Source: an uncultured Clostridia bacterium
GTDB taxonomy: Bacteria; Bacillota; Clostridia; Christensenellales; UBA1242
Reading direction: 5' to 3'
DNA: 51,331 nucleotides
NCBI GenBank assembly: GCA_944349615.1
Contig: CALVNK010000002.1
Location: forward strand, 1 to 51,331
Each line of letters begins with the position of its first letter. The stretch's first letter is position 1. The notes beneath the pieces were generated by a model that had not been told where the DNA came from, ran no database searches, and worked only from the letters and a program-made list of their open reading frames with translations. Both the position numbers and the translations under genes were made by a program. This document shows, one piece after another, positions 10,040 through 19,600 of this stretch.

Positions 10040-10354
10040 TTATTGGTAATTTTCTAAAAATCTCACTTTTTTATTGTGATTACGCGCATAATCAATTTCT
10101 TTTTTTGTACTTTCGCCTATATAGCCGTTTTTGTTTATAACTAAGATTTCATCAGACAAATCTATCCTTCTATAGTGCATAAGTTTAAGCATTTCTAGTT
10201 TCGATCGTTCAAGTTTAGTTTGTATTTCTTCATCAAAAAATATAGGCGATAAAACCATATATCCTTCGAGTGACAATATCTGTTCTTGCTTTCTAAATTC
10301 ATCTTTAAACCTGGCACTTCCACACAGCGTGATAACCTTAAATTCACCAATCAT
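10040..10354 (-). CDS. Small Rossmann-like protein, possibly nucleoside 2-deoxyribosyltransferase-like/SLOG superfamily
   Basis: 104 aa. RBS AAGGAGAAAG. N-terminal KVITLCGSARFKDEF and later ILVINKNGYIGESTKKEIDYA resemble the small deoxyribosyltransferase-like fold. This assignment is from memory only. Confidence 0.4.
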   Translation of the reverse strand: MIGEFKVITLCGSARFKDEFRKQEQILSLEGYMVLSPIFFDEEIQTKLERSKLEMLKLMHYRRIDLSDEILVINKNGYIGESTKKEIDYARNHNKKVRFLENYQ

Positions 10355-10509
10355 GCTTTCTCCTTAAATTTAGTTTATCATATATTCAATATATTTAAAA
10401 GAAAAAAGCGAAATCTTTAAGACTTCGCAAAAACATTTTAGCCTTTGTCAATACTAATATTTATTTTTCTATCTCTTTCTTAACAAGATGAGAGATTTTT
10501 CTAGATTTT

Positions 10510-10932
10510 TTAATAGTATATAAATTCAGGCAATATTTTGTATTTTTTAAGATCCTTTCTTTTTATCCAAACCATTGTTTGAGTTTGGTTGTCATAATTT
10601 TGTATATTGTCACTTTGTGCAAGAGGATTGTTGTTTTTTAATTTAACATAGTAAATAAAATTTAACTCATGATACTTTGTATTATCAAAAACAAAAAATT
10701 GCTCTGAAATCTTTATTAGTTTAGGTGCAACATTTTCAAGTTTTAATTCTTCCTCTAGTTCTCTCTTAACTGCATCAAGTGTACTTTCACCTGCATGGAC
10801 CCTTCCACCTGGCATATTTAAAAAATCAGTTTTTATGCTCTTTTCGAGAAGATATCGCCCTTTGTTTTCAATAAGCGCGCTCACCCTAAAATTGAATTTA
10901 ATGCCATCGACAAATACTGCAACATCACTCAT
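10510..10932 (-). CDS. NUDIX hydrolase
   Basis: Nudix box GGRVHAGESTLDAVKRELEEELKL. The track starts at TTG 10941; I prefer ATG 10930-10932 (MSDVAVF), about 10 nt after AAAGGAA. Confidence 0.85.
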   Translation of the reverse strand: MSDVAVFVDGIKFNFRVSALIENKGRYLLEKSIKTDFLNMPGGRVHAGESTLDAVKRELEEELKLENVAPKLIKISEQFFVFDNTKYHELNFIYYVKLKNNNPLAQSDNIQNYDNQTQTMVWIKRKDLKKYKILPEFIYY

Positions 10933-10948
10933 AATATTCAAATTCCTT

Positions 10949-11872
10949 TTATTTATTTTTCACATGTATTCTTTTCCTCAACTTTACATTTGAAAGCAAG
11001 AGATATATGCCTAGAAGCAAAATTGTTGATAAGGTTATTACTAAAATTAGTGCTAGTAAAGAAACATCATTGTCAAAAAAAGACATCTTAACATCAAACC
11101 CTGAAGCAATACCATCGACAATTTCTGCTGGAATTGATTTGCTCATTTCTTTTAACGAACCATTTAAAAAACTGTGCCTAAATAAAACTGAAGCATAGGT
11201 CCCTGGCAAAAAAGAAACAAAACTTTGCATTCCTGTTCCCATAGAACTAATAGGCATATATGCCCCACATATAAAACCATACAATGCAGATACAAGTGTA
11301 CATACTCCACTCAACACACCTTGCGAATGAGTAAAATACCAAATGATATTTGCAAGCAGTGTACCAAAAAGTGAAGTAATTATAATACTAAATATGATCA
11401 ATAAAATGTCTACAAAAGAAATATAAAAACCTACAATTGCAAGATATATAAGACCGATGATAAGCAAAACAAAACATACAATTAAGGTTGAAAATAAATT
11501 AGATAATACATAACTGATTTTAAGGGTCGATTTTTTTATAGGCGTAACCATAAAATCTATATTGGTTCTATTAATCTTATCTATTACCATCATACCAGAG
11601 CAGAATGCAACGGTTATACAGGATACAGAGAGTATAGAAGAAAAAAGCCAACCCCCAGTAAAAGCATCAATGATCTTCTTATCCACTTCATAGTCTGCAA
11701 GTATATTAAAAATATTATCTTCATAAGTTGATTTTAAAAAAAGAATAAAAAGTAGAAGCAGAATTATCGGAGTAATTAGAGAAACAAAAAATGTCATTTT
11801 ATCTTTAAAGTATATCTTAACATTTCTTGAAGTTAAATATCTGAGCTTTTTTAACTCTAACTTGAAATTCAT
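10949..11872 (-). CDS. ABC-2 type transporter permease
   Basis: 307 aa with six hydrophobic segments. 4-nt overlap with the upstream ATPase gene. Confidence 0.75.
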   Translation of the reverse strand: MNFKLELKKLRYLTSRNVKIYFKDKMTFFVSLITPIILLLLFILFLKSTYEDNIFNILADYEVDKKIIDAFTGGWLFSSILSVSCITVAFCSGMMVIDKINRTNIDFMVTPIKKSTLKISYVLSNLFSTLIVCFVLLIIGLIYLAIVGFYISFVDILLIIFSIIITSLFGTLLANIIWYFTHSQGVLSGVCTLVSALYGFICGAYMPISSMGTGMQSFVSFLPGTYASVLFRHSFLNGSLKEMSKSIPAEIVDGIASGFDVKMSFFDNDVSLLALILVITLSTILLLGIYLLLSNVKLRKRIHVKNK

Positions 11873-12783
11873 ATATTCTCCTTTAAATTTTTTCCAGTAA
11901 CAGCCAAGAAGACATCATCCATTGATCCTTTGACAATCTCTAGATCTTGAATAAGAGCATTATACTTGACTAAAAAATTTTTTGCATCTTGTGTAGATTT
12001 GAATTTTATTTCTAGGTATTCTTTATTAATTTTAAATGGAATGTCAATATTTTTTACAATTTCTTCAAGACTTTTATCATATTTATATATCTTTAGATAA
12101 TCATTTGCAAATTTGTTTTTTAATGTTATCGGAGAGCCTTCAGCAACAATTTTGCCACTATCTATTATAACAACATTATCGGCGATACTTGCTTCTTCCA
12201 TATAATGAGTAGTTAATAAAACGGTAAGCCCCTTTGTCGACCTTAACTCGTTTATTAAATTCCATACAGTCTTTCTTGTTCTAGGATCTAGTCCCGTTGT
12301 TGGCTCGTCTAAAATTAAAATTTTAGGGTTATGTATCAATGCGCGAACTATATCTACCTTTCGCTTTTGTCCGCCACTCAATTTACCTAATTGTTTTTTC
12401 AGTATATCTTTAAGATCCATTTTTTCTATTAAAAAATTCAAGTTTTCTTTAAACTCGTCCTTATTTAAGCCATATAACATCGCCCTATATCGTATATTAT
12501 CATATACAGTAAGTTTGTTATCCAGCATTGAAGATTGAAAAACTATTCCAATAGTTGGTAAAATTTTTGATATATTATCTATCGATATACCATTTACTAA
12601 ACAATCTCCACTATCTCTTTTCTCTACTCCAACTAAAACATTGATAGTTGTACTTTTACCAGCACCATTTAAACCTAAAAAAGCAAAGAGTTCACCCTCT
12701 TGTACAGAAAAAGAGATATCGTCGACAGCATGTACATCTCCAAAATATTTTATTAGATTTTTTATTTCAATTATGTTATTCAT
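11869..12783 (-). CDS. ABC transporter ATP-binding protein
   Basis: Walker A GLNGAGKST, signature LSGGQKRK, Walker B ILILDEPTTGLD. Start moved to ATG 12781-12783 (MNNIIEIKNL) behind GGAGAG; the upstream track extension has no support. Confidence 0.9.
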   Translation of the reverse strand: MNNIIEIKNLIKYFGDVHAVDDISFSVQEGELFAFLGLNGAGKSTTINVLVGVEKRDSGDCLVNGISIDNISKILPTIGIVFQSSMLDNKLTVYDNIRYRAMLYGLNKDEFKENLNFLIEKMDLKDILKKQLGKLSGGQKRKVDIVRALIHNPKILILDEPTTGLDPRTRKTVWNLINELRSTKGLTVLLTTHYMEEASIADNVVIIDSGKIVAEGSPITLKNKFANDYLKIYKYDKSLEEIVKNIDIPFKINKEYLEIKFKSTQDAKNFLVKYNALIQDLEIVKGSMDDVFLAVTGKNLKENI

Positions 12784-12924
12784 AACTCTCCAACAAAGAT
12801 AGATCAAGTATAACATATTATATATATCTTGACAACTAATATTGAAAATTAAAAATCCGCTAAGTTCTGCTTTAGCGGATTTAATTTGCAAAGTGATTTA
12901 AAATAAATACCGAATACACTTTTT

Positions 12925-13788
12925 TTATTTATTTGCACTAATAGTTATTAGCAAAGAAGATTGAAAATCAAAGATCTTTTGTTTTGCAACCAAAAGCCTT
13001 AATCTTTCTTCGTATTGACTTTTTAGCAAGGATAGAAGTTTGTTTTTTGTATTAGAGTCTACCTTGCTTTTATTTATTACAAAATTGGCATAGGAAAGTT
13101 TTGTTTGATAATTTCTTTCAATTTGGCTTATTGCAATTTGCTTCTTAGACTCGACATCTGGCATATAGTAAATTATTCTATTATAATTAAAATTTATATT
13201 CTTAAAATTGTATTGATATAGTCTTTGCATTGTTAAATCTGGATCTTCCACATACTCTCCAACGCCTGCAATCTTAGGATAACTTATACCACTATAGACC
13301 TTGTTGATTTCATCTTCCAAATACAAAAAAGGTTTATCATTATTTTTGATCATGTCAACACGCATAATGACAAGTTTTCCACCCTTATTCAAAACTCTTT
13401 TCTGCTCTTTGATAAAGTCATCAAAAGGCAAGTGTTCAATAAGGGTATGCGAAAATACGATATCAAAACTATTATCTTCAAAAGGCAAATGCGAAACATC
13501 TGCAACTTGATAATTGACATCAATATTAAGTCGTTTGCTTTCATTTTTGGCAAATTTTATATGATTATTATCTAAATCAATGCCATAAACATCGCAAGTT
13601 GGATAATATTTTTTAATCATATTGGTAAAATGCCCGCTTCCACAGCCAACTTCCAAAATTTTTAAGTTGTTTTGGATATGCAAGAGATTAAACCACAATT
13701 TTCTATTATAAACATTGAATTTTTCTTTGCGAGAAGTGTCTAAAAGTTGAGTTGATTGTACAGTTTCAGACCAAAAAGTGTTCACCAT
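12925..13788 (-). CDS. Class I SAM-dependent methyltransferase with C-terminal extension
   Basis: Motif I ILEVGCGSGHFT, then DVYGIDLD and FDIVFSH. Start at ATG 13786-13788 (MVNTFW) behind GGAGGAGGA. The longer track ORF runs through the tRNA-Ser gene. Confidence 0.85.
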   Translation of the reverse strand: MVNTFWSETVQSTQLLDTSRKEKFNVYNRKLWFNLLHIQNNLKILEVGCGSGHFTNMIKKYYPTCDVYGIDLDNNHIKFAKNESKRLNIDVNYQVADVSHLPFEDNSFDIVFSHTLIEHLPFDDFIKEQKRVLNKGGKLVIMRVDMIKNNDKPFLYLEDEINKVYSGISYPKIAGVGEYVEDPDLTMQRLYQYNFKNINFNYNRIIYYMPDVESKKQIAISQIERNYQTKLSYANFVINKSKVDSNTKNKLLSLLKSQYEERLRLLVAKQKIFDFQSSLLITISANK

Positions 13789-13831
13789 TTTCCTCCTCCC
13801 GATATGAAAAAAAGTACATTTAAAAAACCTC

Positions 13832-13922
13832 TGGCGGAGACGGTGGGATTCGAACCCACGTATCAGTTGCCCGATAAACGCATTTCGAGTGCGTCCCGTT
13901 ACGACCACTTCGGTACATCTCC
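13832..13922 (-). tRNA. tRNA-Ser (anticodon CGA), long variable arm, encoded CCA
   Basis: Folded by hand: acceptor GGAGATG/CGTCTCC (one G-U), anticodon stem ACGCA/TGCGT with loop CTCGAAA, long variable arm, T arm GTGGG-TTCGAAT-CCCAC, discriminator G plus CCA. 91 nt. Confidence 0.9.
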
Positions 13923-14219
13923 ATAAAAAATTTATTAAATTGCTGTTTGATATATAAATAGAACCTTTTTTATTATACAATCAAATCTTAAAATAAACAA
14001 GATAATTTTGATATTTTTTATAAATATTTCATTTTTTATCGCATATAATTATAAGATTTATTTTTTAAATTCAAAAAAATAACAAATTTCAAAAAAAGGG
14101 TTGCTTTTTGCCGACTTTTTTATATAATTAAATTATATGTAATAAATATCAATATTTAAAATTTAACAAATTTTAATTATATTTTAATTTCTAACAATAA
14201 CTATAAAAGGATATTATCT

Positions 14220-15149
14220 ATGGAAAAATTGAAGGTTATTATTGATACAGATCCCGGTGTAGATGACACCGCTTGTCTTACTTTTGCACTCTTTGATCCC
14301 AATGTAGAGGTTAAACTTTTGACTACTGTAGCAGGAAATATTGCTGTTGAAAAATGCACTAGGAATCTACTACATGTTTTAAACAAGTATGGACTTGACT
14401 ACCCTGTCGCAGAAGGCGCAAAGAAGGCACTTTATAGAGAATCTATCAACGCAACTTTTATCCATCAAAAAGAAGGACTAGGTGGCTATACTCCACCTAA
14501 ATTTGTGCCACGCAATATTCTAAAAGATGACGCAGCCGAAATGATGTATAAGGTTTTAAGCGAAGGTGATGGTGACATAGTACCAATCTTGCTCGGTCCG
14601 CAAACAAATATGGCACTGCTTCTCAAAAGACACCCTGACATAATCAAAAAAATTCCTAAGATATACTTTATGGGTGGAGCGCCTTACGGAGTCAAAGGTT
14701 TTCCTGAACATCTTTCCTTCAATTTGACATCAGATCCTGAAGCATTTAAGATTGTAATTGACAGCAAAATTCCACTTGTAATGATACCATCAAATCTTGG
14801 TCGAAATCAGGCACATTACACAGAAGACTTTGTATACCAAATTCGCGACACCAATGAAGTTGGAAAATTCCTTTATCAAATGTATACTAAGTATTGGGAA
14901 CCTGGGTATAACGAAAAGAGAATTAGCACCAATGACACATGTACATTCTTAGCACTTACAAATCCTGAACTTTTTATCACCGACACGATTGATGTCGAAG
15001 TTGATACAGAGGATCAGCCTGGAAGAACCTATGTCACCTTCAAAAAAGACGGACAATGTACAATAATTATGAACTGCCACCGCGATCTATTTTTAAAGGA
15101 AGTAACAAGACGTCTAAAGAGTCTTGACAATGTCAAAGTAAAGCCATAG
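14220..15149 (+). CDS. Nucleoside hydrolase (IUNH family)
   Basis: N-terminal IIDTDPGVDDTACL is the DxDxxxDD fingerprint of inosine-uridine-preferring nucleoside hydrolases. 309 aa. Confidence 0.88.
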   Translation: MEKLKVIIDTDPGVDDTACLTFALFDPNVEVKLLTTVAGNIAVEKCTRNLLHVLNKYGLDYPVAEGAKKALYRESINATFIHQKEGLGGYTPPKFVPRNILKDDAAEMMYKVLSEGDGDIVPILLGPQTNMALLLKRHPDIIKKIPKIYFMGGAPYGVKGFPEHLSFNLTSDPEAFKIVIDSKIPLVMIPSNLGRNQAHYTEDFVYQIRDTNEVGKFLYQMYTKYWEPGYNEKRISTNDTCTFLALTNPELFITDTIDVEVDTEDQPGRTYVTFKKDGQCTIIMNCHRDLFLKEVTRRLKSLDNVKVKP

Positions 15150-15173
15150 ACGACTAATTTATTGAATAAAATA

Positions 15174-15211
15174 AAAAAAGTTGAAATATAAAAATTTATT
15201 TCAACTTTTTT
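15174..15211. terminator. Bidirectional rho-independent terminator
   Basis: AAAAAAGTTGAAATA-loop-TATTTCAACTTTTTT between convergent genes. Confidence 0.75.
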
Positions 15212-15287
15212 ATTATTTTTATAAAAAATTATATATTTTTTGCGTTTTTTTGCGTTTTTTATGTCGATTTTGCTTAATTATTATAAT

Positions 15288-16373
15288 TTAAGCGTCACTA
15301 CCGTCTTTACATTTTTCAAAGAATTTTTCATTAAATTTAACTCTTTCATCATCTGGAGCAAATCCTTTGGAGATCAAATGATAGTGATATGCCTTCTCTC
15401 TGTCACCAATTTTATAATAGCAAACGCATAGTTGCAGGGCTGGAAAAAGTGTGTAGCAGTTTACATCATAAAACGCTCCGCTTGTAGTATCCATCTTCGC
15501 TGAGAGTGCGAGATTATACCAATAGATGGCCGTCAAATAGTCTTTATCATCAAAAAATTGATTTCCAATTTCGTAAAGTATTTCTCCCTTTGGTACGCCA
15601 TAAACAAATGAGCCGAATAGCGCAGTCAATGCGTTTTTCTTTTCTTTTTTTGCCATGTAACATCTAGCAAGATTTAAACACGCTTCAATATTATTTTCTT
15701 TCCACCCTTTCCCCTCTGACAAAAATTGTGAGAACTGATTGATTGCTTGTTCTATCATATTATTATAGTAAAGTTCGCGTGCAAAATAGAATTTTTGTCG
15801 TGGCGAGAAATTGACTTTATTTTCTTGCATTTTTAGATATATGTTAAGATTGCGACTTGTGTAAACCTTTTTCTTTTTGTTGTGATAAATTTTAATATCC
15901 TTATTGTGTACAACTTTTCCACTAGGCACAATAATTTCATGGACTGGATCATGCCATCTTAGATTCTTATCATTCTTGACTATTCGCTCTCTATAGAATT
16001 CAAATTTTGGTTTAAAATCTTTGTCAAAACTTGTGACATACGGACACATGACAACATCAACATCTTCTTTATCCTTCTTCCATTTTTTTATGGCATTTAC
16101 ACTTTCTTCTGTCAATATATCGTCAGCATCAAGCCAAATTATGTACTGATATTTCGCTTTATCAAAAGCAAAATTTCTTGCCTTAGAAAAGTCATCTTGC
16201 CAAACAAAATCATATACATATTTAGTAAATTTTTTCGCCACCTGTTTGGTTTTGTCTTGGCTTCCTGTATCTACAATGATAATTTCATCAGCGTACTCTT
16301 TTGCATTCTTTAGACAGTCACCGAGAGTGCTTTCTTCATCCTTGACTATCATGGCAAGCGATAATTTCTTCAT
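15288..16373 (-). CDS. Family 2 glycosyltransferase fused to a TPR-like C-terminal domain
   Basis: LSLAMIVKDEESTLGDCL...IIIVDTGSQDKT...WLDADD are GT-A/GT2 motifs. The C-terminal half has TPR-like A/Y/L repeats (ARCYMAKKEKKNALTA, AIYWYNLAL, CVCYYKIGDREKAYHY). Confidence 0.8.
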   Translation of the reverse strand: MKKLSLAMIVKDEESTLGDCLKNAKEYADEIIIVDTGSQDKTKQVAKKFTKYVYDFVWQDDFSKARNFAFDKAKYQYIIWLDADDILTEESVNAIKKWKKDKEDVDVVMCPYVTSFDKDFKPKFEFYRERIVKNDKNLRWHDPVHEIIVPSGKVVHNKDIKIYHNKKKKVYTSRNLNIYLKMQENKVNFSPRQKFYFARELYYNNMIEQAINQFSQFLSEGKGWKENNIEACLNLARCYMAKKEKKNALTALFGSFVYGVPKGEILYEIGNQFFDDKDYLTAIYWYNLALSAKMDTTSGAFYDVNCYTLFPALQLCVCYYKIGDREKAYHYHLISKGFAPDDERVKFNEKFFEKCKDGSDA

Positions 16374-16553
16374 AAAAACTCCTAATCAAATTATATGTTA
16401 CAAATTCTAAAAATGTCAAATTATAACAGCAATTTAAAGATAAACTATTAACTAAAAGAATTTATTTAATTAAAAAGATTAATTATAAAAATATGCTACA
16501 TAATATATTTGATAAATATATAATTATCTTTATATATTATTTGTTAAATTATT

Positions 16554-16581
16554 TTGAAATTTTGCTATGCTATGATAAAAT
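16554..16581 (+). promoter_or_regulatory. Sigma-70-type promoter candidate for the giant surface-protein gene
   Basis: TTGAAA, 16 nt spacer, TGaTAAAAT (extended -10), about 30 nt upstream of the RBS. Confidence 0.4.
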
Positions 16582-16612
16582 ATATTTGAAATATATTTTA
16601 AAGGGGTTAAAA

Positions 16613-19600
16613 ATGGTAAGAGTTAGAAAAATATTTTATTCTATTTTAATTTCATTAATTGCTTTTGGCTTTTTAAGCCTTGCATTCTTTACGCCAAAAA
16701 GCAATGACATCTTGTCATCAAATGCTGATGTCACTTATGATCAGATTACTAACAGTTATCCTGATTATCTTAAGATTAAAACCTCAGAGACTTCAGGTAC
16801 TGAAGTAGGTCAAGTTGGCAATGAAATCTTTTTGATGAGAGCAAACTCTTCTATCAGTCCAACTATTGGTACGGATATAATAGAGCAAGGATCGAGTAAT
16901 GCAAATTATGCATACTATCCAGATGAAGAAGGTAACCCTAAGCAATATTACTACTTCACTTTCCAAAACTCTCTTTCACTCTACTATAACCTTACAGCAT
17001 CGGATATTCAAAACGGACAGACTGGTACTAACCTTCTTACTCAGATTTCCAATGGCGCTGGTGGATATGAGGAAAATCGTATAACCTATTATACTTTTAC
17101 ACACGAAAATCCATTTGTACCACCAAATCTTAGCATAACCCCTCAAAGACTAGACATTGACTTTAAACTTAATACTCGCGAGTCAGCTATTACTAGATCT
17201 AATAATAATACGGTTACTCTTTACCAAGAAGGATGCTATACCCTTGCTATTGATGTAAATTATTTCTACACATCTAATGGCGGAGTAAGTTATACTAATA
17301 GCGCTCAAACAATATATTTTACTTTCTTAATTTTTAACACAGATACATATTTTAATGATGCCGGTATGCCACACCTTGCAATGTCATCTAATATGCAAGA
17401 ATCAACTGTAAGTAGCGACACCTATTCTAGATATTATTTTGCAAACTATAACTATGAAAAAAACACACAAAATGATACAACTACTATAACTAACTTCTCG
17501 TTTGATCCTGACAAATATCAAATAAACATTAATTATACCGACCTAAATTCAAATGTTAAAAGAGCCACAATCGTTTACACAAATGGCGAATTTGTTCAGT
17601 ATGATGAAAATAATGCTGTTATTTCAGAAGACGACTACTTTGTGTTTACTGATGTTGATATAAATGATGAAGACCAAAGCAAGACTGGATATATCTTCTT
17701 TACAGACCTTGGCAGTTACGATATCTCCATTCAATATCTATACAAGACTCAAGGACTAAACGGCGAACAAATATACGAACTACCTTTCACCGAACTTAGC
17801 GGAGATAGTGCGATTAACAGCAAACGCCAAAGAATTTATATTTATGGCTATCAAGCAGTTTTCTCAGATTATTCAAATCTCGACCCTGCTACAAACCAAC
17901 CTGCTTCGGTGGAACTTAAAACCTACAACTTTGAAAATGGTACATTCTCAGATAGCGCAGATATCACAGGTGAAGTAAATACATATATCGCTGAACATGG
18001 TAGCAGTACTTCAAAGATAGAAAGTACAGCGTCAAGCACGGCTTATGATGTTGATGATATAAAAGACTATGCACTTAATAGAATAAATCAAGCTGGCAGC
18101 ACACTTTCCCCTGTTTCTACAAATCAAACTCCTATTAAATTCTTGACAAACGCTACCAATTATGTAACAGACACGAATGCATCGAGCACAATTTTTAAAT
18201 TGTCTTATGATACAACTGATAGTCGTTGGGAGGTAGACAGTTCAAGCGATTTTGAAGGCTTCAATCAAAATTCTGCAGGCACATATCTATATGTAATTCA
18301 ATATACCTATGACTATTATATGTCAACAAGCGGTACACTGCAAGGTTCATACTACCACTATCAAATCTTCTTCTTTACTGTGACAAACACAATGCCTAGC
18401 GTTACAGTTGTTGATGACGAAAATTTTGAACAAATCTACACATCTGGATACACTAACAAGGGCGTATATATACTTGACGACTCTATGAATAACATCTATG
18501 ACGCTGAAGTTGAAATAACATTATCAGCACAAAACTATAATGCAGGCTCTAATGTTTACTTCTTCCAAGATGAGAATATTCTAGATCTTCAAAGTTATGG
18601 CATTTATTATGAAAAATTTAAAAATGTGAATGATGTCGTAAATGGCAAATATGGAATTTATATCCCCAAAAACGCATCTTTTGCAAATGCAGAGTTTACA
18701 ATAAAAATTTATTCTGCAAATACTGATAAGCCTAGCACAAGAACATTCACCATCGATACAAGTCCTATAAGTGAACTTCGGGCTACAAATGTTGAGTTTT
18801 CTTCTGGCAACAGTTATCGAATTCTCGACAATCTCTCTTCATACATCACAAATCAGTCGATAACTATGTCTTGGGCAGAAAAGGCAAGTGGAGCGACAAC
18901 CTATGGCTATGTTAAATACATTCCACTTAAAACAATCAACTATTACTCATCACAATCTTCAATAACTACTATTTCTTCACTCTTAGATTTCTGGCTTAAT
19001 TACAACAGTTCTAATCCAAGCGCTCAAGTTCAAGCTACCCTTCCTGTTTCCTACAAGCTAGATATTGAAGAGGGTGCAAGTCAGAGCTGGATTGAGTATC
19101 CAAACTCAAGATCATACTCATCATTCGTGACTTCTAGTTATGTAAAATCAGAAGCGGGAATATATATACTCGAAGTATATGATCAAGCAGGAAATTCTAG
19201 TTTTGAAATCTACATGATCGACAATAGCGAACCTGTATTTGTTCAAAGAACTGTATCATTAGACTTTACTCGCCTTGCTTTAATGGTCAACAACACTAGC
19301 ATTTCAATTCCAGAAGCAGACCCTATTACTGGACAGATTAGCACACAAATCACGATTGAATGGGCAAAACACAAAGCAATCTATCTTGACAATTTGACAA
19401 CGTCTAATCTTAAAAACTACGAGCCTTATGAATATACTATTGGACCTGCACAAGCACAACAAAATTTGACTGCAAAATTGCAAGAGTTCTTTAATTTCGA
19501 CAATCAAAAGATAATAAATGTAAACGATGTACCAGCGCAAGCTGTGACAGAAGAAATAGATGGTTCTCTAACTACAGGTATAGATGACTATGACGGATAT

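Noticed and set aside
12925-13980. The 351-aa version of the methyltransferase ORF.
   Set aside because: Its first 64 codons read straight through the tRNA-Ser gene (13832-13922). The ATG at 13786-13788 has a GGAGGAGGA RBS and precedes the SAM-binding motif at a normal distance.
15237-15275. A shared TTTTTGCGTTTT motif downstream of two terminators (15237-15262, tandem there, and 46705-46718).
   Set aside because: It is a short T-rich 12-mer in a T-rich genome, with only two occurrences and no secondary structure. There is insufficient evidence for a functional element.
16493-16612. A 40-codon N-terminal extension of the giant ORF (MLHNIFDKYIIIF...).
   Set aside because: It is AT-rich promoter-like DNA with no RBS. 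The ATG at 16613 has AAAGGGG upstream and begins a classical signal/anchor sequence.
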